From the IMG/VR virus record IMGVR_UViG_3300025168_000088, positions 1-61,600 of that record: a stretch of DNA of 61,600 nucleotides; one strand, given 5' to 3'. A program made the position numbers and the translations under genes. The notes under the pieces are model-generated. The model had not been told where the DNA came from. It made no database searches and was given only the letters and a program-made list of their open reading frames with translations. Numbering within the stretch: the stretch's first letter is position 1; every line of letters starts with the position of its first letter. This DNA is from a virus. Taxonomy: Duplodnaviria > Caudoviricetes. Shown here piece after piece: positions 50,019 to 59,200 of the stretch.

Positions 50019-50319
50019 TAAGTGCAATAAAGAACAAATTATCAATCAACAGCAACCTATGGTTGCCGTGGGTGAGATTGCTGAACAGATGTTGGCGTGC
50101 ATTCACTGCCACTCCGTATTTAAATTATGCTTGACTCTTAAGTCTCTCCGAGATGACTACCGTGACCCGCACTGGTTGCGTGAGCACTATGTGGATAAGG
50201 GCTACTCTATGGCGGCAATAGCCGACATGTGCGCTGTTACTCCTATGACTATTCAAAATTGGCTACGCCGACACGACATCGAAACAAGAGGCCGTGGTTA
50301 TCGAAGGAATGATGACTAA
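50002..50319 (+). CDS. Zn-ribbon plus HTH transcription regulator
   Basis: CDKC...CIHC; YRDPHWLREHYVDKGYSMAAIADMCAVTPMTIQNWLRRHDI, an archaeal-virus-type HTH. Confidence 0.8.
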   Translation: MKMKCDKCNKEQIINQQQPMVAVGEIAEQMLACIHCHSVFKLCLTLKSLRDDYRDPHWLREHYVDKGYSMAAIADMCAVTPMTIQNWLRRHDIETRGRGYRRNDD

Positions 50320-50513
50320 TGACTAAGACTGGTGCCTCACATACATTTACTGCCGAGGTATGTAATAAATGCGACGGCATTATTACTGGTCGGTCACATC
50401 CAGTAGCCCCTAATACAAGCAAAATTATACACACCCTCCTTCTACATCATGGTTGGTGTAGATGCGAGCGATACTATACCTATCGAGAGTCTTTTCTCGA
50501 CCTCATAGATTAA
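50319..50513 (+). CDS. Small Cys/His protein
   Basis: CNKC...CRC; TAATG coupling. Confidence 0.55.
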   Translation: MTKTGASHTFTAEVCNKCDGIITGRSHPVAPNTSKIIHTLLLHHGWCRCERYYTYRESFLDLID

Positions 50514-50539
50514 GTAGTGGCGAAGGTTAATGATTAAGT

Positions 50540-52762
50540 ATGATAGTAACGCAGGTAGGCGGTAGGGACATCCGCATAAGAAGTAGGAATCCCGAAACAC
50601 TCGTGCGCCAAGACATCAAAGTCTCCGCATATCCTTACTGCTTTACACAGAATGTAGGTGATACATACGGCTTGGTTAAAATCCAAGAAGGGTTCGAGGG
50701 CTTATACGGACAGAAGTTAAACAAGGTGTATTTTCGCACTGAGTATGACAGGCGCATATGGTCTAAAGGCAACAGGACTTGGGAGGCGAATGTGACATTC
50801 CCCAACCAAGTGTTGATTGACCGACTCGACAAGGGCGAAGAACCCATACCCAACTATCAGCACCGTATTTGGTATCTTGATGGTGAGTGGAAAACAACCT
50901 CCGGTGAAATAACCATGTTGTCGGTGAAAGACTCATACACCGGTAGAATGTATTCATGGGTTTGTCACCCCGACATAGAAGCGGGAATCCATAAATCCCT
51001 AAACGAATATGAATATGATACTCCGATTAAAGCATTCGCCAATGAGCGTCAATTGCTGGCCGACTTTGCCTCTCATATGGCAAAACAAGACCCCGATATT
51101 ATCGCTGGTTGGTATGTGGTTGATGCCGACATAAAACAGATATGCGACCGTATGAGAGCAGTGGGATTAGACCCCAAGAGTCTATCTCCATACAATCGAC
51201 ATGACTTCAAATACAACTGGAGTGACAAGCATTGGTCGCAACCGATAGCAGGTAGACTATGCTTTGACTTGATGGTCGGATTCAAGAAATTATGGACTAT
51301 TAAGAACGGTCAACTCGCATCACAGAAGTTGGATGATATTGCTTGGCAGGTTTTACAAGAAAAGAAAGTAGAGTTGCCCGACGGCCACGATACCTACTAC
51401 TCCGACCCTGCTCTTTACCTACACTACAACAGAATAGATGTGGACTTGTTGCCCAAGTTGGATGAAGTGGTAAATGCTACTGGTTACTTTACTTCTATGC
51501 AACATGTGGTGCAGTGTCAACTCGCCACCACTCCTCTTATCACTGCCATGAGCACGAGTCTGTTCCTCCAAGATAATAAGTTTGACCTTCGCATACCCGA
51601 CTCTCCTCAATTCGAGAAGAAGGATTACGCAGGGGCCGACATTCAAGAGCCGGAACCGAACCGCTATGAGAACATGGCTATCATGGATATTAAGGCCATG
51701 TATCACAGTAATGTAAAGTTACACCGTATATGCTGGACCAACCTCGGTGAAGATGGAGTTGATTGCGGCAACGGAATCAAGTTCACTCAAAGAGAAGGAC
51801 TGCTGGGTAGGACTATGGATAAATTAACTATCAAGCGCAACGAATACAAAGCACTGATGAAAGAAGCGAGAGCCGCCGATGACAAAGTAGCCTACAAAAA
51901 GTGGGATGCGGCGCAGTTCGCTACGAAGTCAATGGTTGCTTCTCTTTATGGCATCTGTGGCGACTCTAAATACGGTATGTATCACCCCGATATTGCCGCC
52001 GCTATCACATTCACATCTCGCCAAACGCTGTTCCGATTACGGGATGAGTGCAACGAGCGAGGTTATCCAGTCCGATACGGACATACAGACTCGATTTTCT
52101 GTGAAGTTCCCTCTCCCGAAGAGGGCATGGAATTGGTGGCTGAAATTAACAAGGCTATGGCTCCTATCGAAACCGAGTTCGAGAAGTGGTGCGAATCTAT
52201 GGTCCTCAAGGCTAAGAACCGCTATGCCGGTAAGGTCACATGGACTGATGGCGAATACCACGAGCCGGAATACTACTACAAGGGCTTAGAACTCATACAG
52301 GCACGCATGCCAAAGGCCATGAAATCGGCTATGGATTCTACCCTCCGAGGCATACTTGACGGTAAGCCAAGAGATGAGGTAGATAGTGACCTAAGTGCGT
52401 TGATTACCAAAGGTATCGCTGGCGAACTTGGTGAGGAACTGTTGATGGTCGGTAAATTGAAAAAAAGGCTCAGTGAATATAGGGTCTTGTCGGGCGCATC
52501 AGCAGGTGCTAAATGGGCCAAAATGTATCTCGGTAAAGACTACAAGGTAAATGAGTCATTCTTGACTGCTGTGGACCTAAGAGGACAGCATATTGCGTTT
52601 GATAAGATTGAGGAGTTGCAGGGTAAAGCCGAGATTGACTGGTCCGAGATGACCGAGAAGTTCATTGTCAATAAAGCGACCAGTATCTATGAATTAGTGG
52701 GTTGGGATAACATGGAGTTACTCAACGCTCACCGAGGACTGGGTGCTGTTCAATGGATATGA
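50540..52762 (+). CDS. polB: Family B DNA polymerase
   Basis: ExoI LDGE, DPDIIAGW, ExoIII YNRID; Pol motifs DIKAMYHS, KSMVASLYG, YGHTDS, KNRYAG, KGLE. Confidence 0.96.
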   Translation: MIVTQVGGRDIRIRSRNPETLVRQDIKVSAYPYCFTQNVGDTYGLVKIQEGFEGLYGQKLNKVYFRTEYDRRIWSKGNRTWEANVTFPNQVLIDRLDKGEEPIPNYQHRIWYLDGEWKTTSGEITMLSVKDSYTGRMYSWVCHPDIEAGIHKSLNEYEYDTPIKAFANERQLLADFASHMAKQDPDIIAGWYVVDADIKQICDRMRAVGLDPKSLSPYNRHDFKYNWSDKHWSQPIAGRLCFDLMVGFKKLWTIKNGQLASQKLDDIAWQVLQEKKVELPDGHDTYYSDPALYLHYNRIDVDLLPKLDEVVNATGYFTSMQHVVQCQLATTPLITAMSTSLFLQDNKFDLRIPDSPQFEKKDYAGADIQEPEPNRYENMAIMDIKAMYHSNVKLHRICWTNLGEDGVDCGNGIKFTQREGLLGRTMDKLTIKRNEYKALMKEARAADDKVAYKKWDAAQFATKSMVASLYGICGDSKYGMYHPDIAAAITFTSRQTLFRLRDECNERGYPVRYGHTDSIFCEVPSPEEGMELVAEINKAMAPIETEFEKWCESMVLKAKNRYAGKVTWTDGEYHEPEYYYKGLELIQARMPKAMKSAMDSTLRGILDGKPRDEVDSDLSALITKGIAGELGEELLMVGKLKKRLSEYRVLSGASAGAKWAKMYLGKDYKVNESFLTAVDLRGQHIAFDKIEELQGKAEIDWSEMTEKFIVNKATSIYELVGWDNMELLNAHRGLGAVQWI

Positions 52763-52792
52763 CTATATAGTGGCGTGGATAAAGTGAGTAAT

Positions 52793-53074
52793 ATGACCGA
52801 AGAACGGACACCTCGCAAAATGACAACGAAAGAACTCACAGAAGCAGTGCATAACATTGGCTCGTCACTGAACGGCCTTGCTCATGCACTTTCAAACGAC
52901 ATATCTCAAATTATGGGTGTGCTTTCGGGCATCCTTGTTCACATGGACTTGCTCGAAACAATTAACTGTCCCTCCTGTGGCAGTGAATTACAGCATCCTA
53001 AATTAGAAGGTGTGCCGGAACCTACTCACTGCCCTCACTGTGGTAGCGATTTGGACCTAAATGAAGAAGAATGA
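52793..53074 (+). CDS. Zn-ribbon protein
   Basis: CPSCG...CPHCG; ATG 29 nt after the promoter motif. Confidence 0.75.
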   Translation: MTEERTPRKMTTKELTEAVHNIGSSLNGLAHALSNDISQIMGVLSGILVHMDLLETINCPSCGSELQHPKLEGVPEPTHCPHCGSDLDLNEEE

Positions 53075-53364
53075 TTATTAAACAAACGGGGCGTGGAATA
53101 AATATGGCACGAGTATTGTTACAAAGTATGGATGAAGAATTAGTCGCTAAGGCAATTAAACTTCACGGAAAAAGAGATGTTTATGTTGCAGTAGATGCGA
53201 CAGTCCTATCTCGTATGAAAGCACTTGAACTCGGACTTGACACTCACGCATTGGTCGGCGTTGACGCCGATGCTTCTATTTACGAAGTATTCCCTGCCCC
53301 TACAAAGAAGGCTGTAAAGCCTAAGAAAGTAGAGGCGAAGAAAGATGAACCAAAGTCCGAGTAA
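53071..53364 (+). CDS. Hypothetical protein with Lys-rich tail
   Basis: ATGA-coupled ORF. Confidence 0.65.
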   Translation: MIIKQTGRGINMARVLLQSMDEELVAKAIKLHGKRDVYVAVDATVLSRMKALELGLDTHALVGVDADASIYEVFPAPTKKAVKPKKVEAKKDEPKSE

Positions 53365-54310
53365 ATACAGCAAAGAGTGGTTTGAAATCCACGGCCCCGA
53401 ACACGGACATGCTAATCCCTTCAAAGCGGCTAATAATAACTGGCCGGTTCGACTATCTAAATCAGCATTTATGACATATTTAGGTTGCCCTCGTAAGTAT
53501 TGGTGGGGTAATGTTGCCGAGATACGGGGGCCGAGGAATCATTTTATGGTTCATGGGACCGCTGTGCACCGTTCACTTGAGAATCTCTATGGTAATTGGT
53601 CTGTTGGCACTGAACAGACTTTCTCTACTTTAATGCTCCAAGATTGGGAGGATAAGTCTACCCATGAACCGCACTTAGAGTGGGATGAAATGCAAAAACA
53701 AATCTACACTGGTTCTGTCGAGGCTCTCGCTCAACTTGAAGAGGAGCGGTTGCGTCGATGGGGTGCTGATTCATTTGCGCCCGAAGAGTTCGAGGTAAAA
53801 CACACTATCAAGGCACCGGACAATAATTTTATTCTCGTAGGCATGATTGACGGAGTGCATAGGCACCCCGACGGTGGGCTTGTTATCACTGAATTGAAGA
53901 CAGGCAAAGCAACCTCCGGTAAGTTATCCAAGACTCGTAAGGAACTATGCTATTACCGCTACATGTTGGCTCTTTTGGGTTGGGATGAAGCAGTCTACTT
54001 CTACTACCTGTTCCCCGAAGCAACCAACACTAAGTTGTTTCACGAACTTGACGGTAAGAAAAACACTGAGGTGTGGCTTGGCGACCTTCAAGGCATGGCT
54101 GTTTTAGAGAAGGTGCAAAAGCGTTCTGTAACGGCTATGCACAAGTCTCTCGACAAGACTTTCGAGGGCATTAGCAATTCTCTATGGGATATTAAATGGA
54201 ACGACTACTTCTGTTCGGAGTGGTGTGACTTCAATATGTCCTGTGAGTCTCAATTGATGGGTATTGATGAAGACCCAACGGTCTTATATAGTGCCGATGA
54301 GGAATGGTGA
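53345..54310 (+). CDS. Cas4-like PD-(D/E)XK exonuclease
   Basis: LSKS...CPRKYW, GTAVH, GMID...ELKTG, C-terminal CSEWCDFNMSC (Fe-S cluster Cys). Confidence 0.9.
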   Translation: MNQSPSKYSKEWFEIHGPEHGHANPFKAANNNWPVRLSKSAFMTYLGCPRKYWWGNVAEIRGPRNHFMVHGTAVHRSLENLYGNWSVGTEQTFSTLMLQDWEDKSTHEPHLEWDEMQKQIYTGSVEALAQLEEERLRRWGADSFAPEEFEVKHTIKAPDNNFILVGMIDGVHRHPDGGLVITELKTGKATSGKLSKTRKELCYYRYMLALLGWDEAVYFYYLFPEATNTKLFHELDGKKNTEVWLGDLQGMAVLEKVQKRSVTAMHKSLDKTFEGISNSLWDIKWNDYFCSEWCDFNMSCESQLMGIDEDPTVLYSADEEW

Positions 54311-54314
54311 TAAC

Positions 54315-54467
54315 ATGCAAACCAAGATAAAGTGCCCCGAATGTGAGTCTAAAGATTTTGATACTGATGCTATGATGCTTGTCACAGGACAAGTTGGTGG
54401 CGAACAGAAAATGCTTATTGTTCATACCTGTAAAGGGTGCGGTCATAAGTGGAGGGGTCATGCTTGA
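54315..54467 (+). CDS. Zn-ribbon microprotein (TFS/RpoM-like ribbon)
   Basis: KCPECES...HTCKGCGHKWR. Confidence 0.65.
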   Translation: MQTKIKCPECESKDFDTDAMMLVTGQVGGEQKMLIVHTCKGCGHKWRGHA

Positions 54468-55492
54468 CCCTGCTCTCTTTTCCAAGAGAGATAGGTTTGA
54501 AGCGTGCCGTGATTACCAAGCATTATCAATACAAACATTATCTCGACAAGATGCGCTCAAAGACATCGTGTTATACCAGCCTATACTCCTTTAATAAAAT
54601 GAATGATGAGGGCAAACCCGATTACAGATACGCAATAATTGATAGAGCATGGTGGGACTTTGATGCGGGAGAGCGAGGCGGAATTGAACTTGTCAAGCGG
54701 GATGTGGCCGAACTCATCCGCCGCTTGGAGGGAGACATTCGTGTCGTTGCCACCGGCAGAGGTTTTCATGTGCACCAACTCTTCAACGATTCAGTCTGTG
54801 GACCGGAGTTCCGCTTAACATTAGAGCACTACCAGCGAAGAAAGGCAAAGGGACTCGTTACTCTTGATGGAGTAGGGTTCCCCGAAAAAATGACTCGTAT
54901 TCCAAACACATTCAATCCTAAGCGTGGTCGCTGGTGTGTAGTTATTGATGGTCGAAAGTTTGCTCAAGACCCCGATAATTTCGTAATCCCTAAATCTCCC
55001 TCTCCTACTGAAAGAACTCTCCATCCTTTCGGAGAATCTACTTCAAATGGCTTTGATTTCATAACTTGGGCTAATAACTACGCCCCTCTACAAGAAGACT
55101 ACAACTTCACAGAAGGGGTCTGTTTGGACTCCGATGCCCTCACTGCTGGGTCAGTGCCTTTGATGCCCTGTTTGGCTCGTGCAGTGCACGAGAACAAGCC
55201 TAATCACCATGTCCGTGTTGCACTCGTGCAACATATGGCTGATACTCTACGAGATTTTGCCGACCCCGACGCTTTGACTAAGGAACAAAGGCTGGTAATT
55301 GAGGATGAGATTTTTGACTACATCAAAGGTCTTAATTGGTCCAACTGGAATGCAACAAACTCTCGCAAAGGAATCAAGAGCACCATGAAATACCGAAGAG
55401 TTCCTTCGTGTGCGTGGTTTGTAGCGAGAGGGATGTGCGCATCTAAGTGTTGGCGTTATGATGGCACCGTAGAAGTGCCCCAACAGCCGTAG
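54464..55492 (+). CDS. Archaeo-eukaryotic primase, catalytic domain fused to a PriL-like Fe-S C-terminal domain
   Basis: WDFD, TGRGFHVH, RIPNT; LMPCL...HHVR...PSC...GMC...C. Likely TTG start with GGAGG RBS. Confidence 0.9.
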   Translation: MTLLSFPREIGLKRAVITKHYQYKHYLDKMRSKTSCYTSLYSFNKMNDEGKPDYRYAIIDRAWWDFDAGERGGIELVKRDVAELIRRLEGDIRVVATGRGFHVHQLFNDSVCGPEFRLTLEHYQRRKAKGLVTLDGVGFPEKMTRIPNTFNPKRGRWCVVIDGRKFAQDPDNFVIPKSPSPTERTLHPFGESTSNGFDFITWANNYAPLQEDYNFTEGVCLDSDALTAGSVPLMPCLARAVHENKPNHHVRVALVQHMADTLRDFADPDALTKEQRLVIEDEIFDYIKGLNWSNWNATNSRKGIKSTMKYRRVPSCAWFVARGMCASKCWRYDGTVEVPQQP

Positions 55493-55524
55493 TCCTCTTA
55501 AACCACTTAGGATAAGCATATACA

Positions 55525-56235
55525 ATGCTCATCGTAGATGACCGAGAAAACGACCTTCTAAAACATAAATTACTTGTCGCTATGGGCGAACATGTCAAGG
55601 TCAAAAGACTGATTTCAGCCGACTATATCATCGGTGAGATTGGTATAGAGGCCAAAGAAATAAATGACCTTTATCACTCAATCATGGGGCATGGTAGAAG
55701 CCGCACTATCGTAGGCCAACTCCATGACCTCAACGAGAACTTCGAGCGACCTATGCTCGTAGTCTACAACACTAAGTTGAAGCCGTATGTGCGTGGTGGA
55801 GGGCGTGCCGCAATCGGTAGAGAACTAAGAAAAATGCACGCTGTCATCAAAAAGTTCAAACAGAACTTTGCTATCCAATTCCCCAACATTCAATACATGG
55901 AGTTATCCAGTATGGATGAGTTCGTGGACTGGCTAAACGCTATGCACCACGGCCTAAGAGTCCGTAAAATTACTACGGCTGAACCTAAAGAGATTCAAAA
56001 AAAGAGCAACCGTAATGTAGACCCAAGAGTAGCAGTTCTCTCGTCTATCGAGGGCGTGTCCGAAAGAGCGGCGCATGATTTGCTATCGCACTTTGGTTCT
56101 ATTCCTCGAATCCTACGCTCAAGAACAAGCCAGCGTATGCTAATGGAGATTGAAGGTATAGGTCGCAAAAGAGCAAAGGCTATCCTGTCCCTGCGTGAAA
56201 GATACCCCGACCAACCCGATACTCATTCCGAGTAA
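55525..56235 (+). CDS. XPF/ERCC4 structure-specific nuclease with HhH2 domain
   Basis: IVDDRE, ADYII, IEAK...DL..SI, QL; HhH IEGVS...LLSHFGSI...IEGIGRKRA. Confidence 0.93.
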   Translation: MLIVDDRENDLLKHKLLVAMGEHVKVKRLISADYIIGEIGIEAKEINDLYHSIMGHGRSRTIVGQLHDLNENFERPMLVVYNTKLKPYVRGGGRAAIGRELRKMHAVIKKFKQNFAIQFPNIQYMELSSMDEFVDWLNAMHHGLRVRKITTAEPKEIQKKSNRNVDPRVAVLSSIEGVSERAAHDLLSHFGSIPRILRSRTSQRMLMEIEGIGRKRAKAILSLRERYPDQPDTHSE

Positions 56236-59200
56236 GTAAAGGAACTTGATTGCGATTTACCCGCTACTGAACGGTTGTCGGTAGCAATCTGTATGTTATG
56301 CAATTCAACGGAGGCGTGAGATGCGTCGTCATCACCTTGACCTGCATTCCTCTCCACTGTCACCTTGATAGTGTTGTTCGATACATCGGCACCGACTACG
56401 CTACCACTAAACAATACCACATTACCACGCTCGACCTGCCCAACCGACACAGTGTTGGTGTATCTTACGGCAGTCTCCACACATTCAACAGTTACCAGTA
56501 GAACTGCACTGCCGGAGGCGGCACCCATACTGGCTCTACCAAACACTCTAATGCTGTTCGATTGAGCGTTGGGTGGTATTCGGGCAGTAGCAGTAAAAGA
56601 TGTAGGCGGCGACACCCAATCTCCAGCACCAGCAAAGACCATGCCGTCTTCGCCCATGATTGCATCTCCCGATGTAGGGGAGATAAACGAGTCAATGCCG
56701 GATATACCGTTGCCATCTCTCGGAGCCGCTGTTGGTTTTGTTTGACCGAGAACTCCGAATGAGCCACCGGTAACACTGTCATTGTTAAAGTCCATAGTTC
56801 CCTTGACACGATTAAGGGTAGTATTACCTAATGCCGATGACGATAGCGTATGCACTCCGTTGATTGAAGTGCTTAGTCCGTCGGGTCGAGAGACACGATT
56901 TGGATTTGTAATTGGATTCAGTTGAGAACTGCTTGTTTGAGCAGGTCCACCGTCACCCCAACCTCCCCAATCTTGCCATCCTCCACCTTGAGGATTACCT
57001 GCGTTATCTCCACCTCGACCACCAGTAGTGCTACCTCCCGATGGAGGAGTCTGTGGGGCTACGCTACCGCCGCCACCTTGATTACCTTGACCGGATGACT
57101 GAACGCCACCTCGTGCTACCTTTGGTAGAATGTAGGAGGTGAAGTTCTTTGCCGCTCGTGATACATCACGCTCAAGTCCGATTGATAGTGCTTCGCTATC
57201 TCGACCGTTGATAGACCAATTGATACTACGAATAGAAAGCAACTCATTACTAAGTCCCATCTGAGCATCAGTGTAGCGTAGTGTAGTTGCTGGCACGAAG
57301 TTCCAATCGTCAACAATGTGAAGACGAGGGGCATACCATTCAGCATTCTTGTTCCAGTAATCGGCCTGTCCGAACTTACGAACTCCGAGAGGGAAAATAC
57401 TATCGGTGTTATGTCCTTTACTGTATGTCACACCAGCCCAATTATGTGCATTTAAATGAGTGTTACTACCGCCGCAACGGTTGCGTAGGAGAGAGGTCAA
57501 GTAATCGTAGTTCACTGAAATAACCATTTTTTCATTACCTGCTTGGTCGCTCCAGTATGTAGAGGGTATGCCTATTTCGTAGAAACCATTTGATGCAACG
57601 CTAATTGAACTACTGCTTCGGAGAGTAGGAGTAACACCAACTATGCCAGCATCCCAATCGTAATCCAATAAGTATATTCGGAACATGGCGAGGTTGGGGT
57701 CAGTGAATGCGTCTTGTCTGTCGTCAATATCAATTGCGATTCTCAAGTGTCCGTCAGCGTTATAGTCACCACTGCTGGGCGTTTTCATTGTAGTCTTAGG
57801 CATACCTTGAGGAACATGCACTACCTGCATAGCGTAGGATAGTGAATTAGAACCAAGCCAATAATAATTTGCTGAGTATGCCAGTGTGCCCTGCTCATCA
57901 GTGTTGTTTGGTGTTGCGCCATCTCGACCATCAAGTGCATTTTGAATACCACTAAACAAGTTGCCACCCCAAAGAGAAGCCCAAGCCCATGCCTTATCAT
58001 CAGTATAAGACCCTGCCAAATTGCATGTTCGGGGGATTGTTCGGGATTGGTCGGCCACATATCCGTAGCGAGCCTCGTAAAGCATAGTGTCGTTGAGTCC
58101 GTTGAGAGTGTGACTGTCGCTAAATCGAATAATCTCGGCTGTCACTGCGAATGGTGCGGCCTTGTTCTTCTCATATTCTTGTTTGGCTACAATCAATGCC
58201 TCGTTTCTTGAGGTCACTGAGTCCACATTGATAATATCCCAACGAGGGCGTGTTCCGAGCGTAGCCGAGGGGTAATCAACGAATGCTGTTCCGCCGTTGT
58301 AGAAGACACGAACATTGGAGATTTGTCCACCGGATTCGGTATTCAAGTTGGAGATTTTTAGGTTGGTAGTGTTAAACACGAAACCGTTGCCATATGTAGG
58401 TCGGAATGACGGCTGTGAGTCTCGACCCATAAGCCAAGACATAACCGACCGAGTTCCGTCGGTATGGCCTATACCACTACCGCTTTGAGTAGAGGAGAAT
58501 ATGTTGGCAATAGTAGTGTTGCGGCAGTCATTGACCGAGCCAAATGTATCTACCGACCCTACCTTACGCCAATAACCTGCATTGATTGTCGCACTCTTAC
58601 CTGCAACAGTCACTTTAAAATTATGAGGTCCATTATGCCCGACTTCGGAGACAACATATCTCGTCTTGTAATTATCAGCGGCGAGGCTTAACTGTGAATT
58701 ATTGACAATTTCAACAGTATCTCCATTATTGAGTATTCCATCTACCGGCAATCCTTGATTATTACCTACAATAATTACTTTACCGTCGCCACCAGTGCTA
58801 CTTGTTGAACTGATTATGGCGTTTTCCGAACCACCCGAAGCGTCGGTTTGAGTGGTAGTCATGTTGCCCATCACAGGAATAGATGCGAGAGAAGGTATTC
58901 CGTAGAGGGATGATTGAGATAACCAATTCTGTGTGAGTGAGTCGAGCCATGTAACACGGAACTTATCATCCTCGTTAAAGGTGAGGCTCGCTTCATTCTC
59001 GATAAAGCCGTCAACCTGCATCATCAATCGCATAGGGAATACATTAGCGAGGCCGACATGCACTGTCGCATCCTCGTAAGCATCTTGATTCAAACCTTCT
59101 TCTTTTTCAATAGGAATGTCTACACTTTTATTACCGAAAAAGAAAGATGTGGCGTGTTGCACTAAGGATTCAGCGTCATTGTTCCCGCTACCATATCCAG

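Noticed and set aside
53345-54310. Cas4 as evidence of a CRISPR system
   Set aside because: No repeat-spacer array or other cas genes; solo Cas4-like nucleases are common in archaeal virus replication modules.
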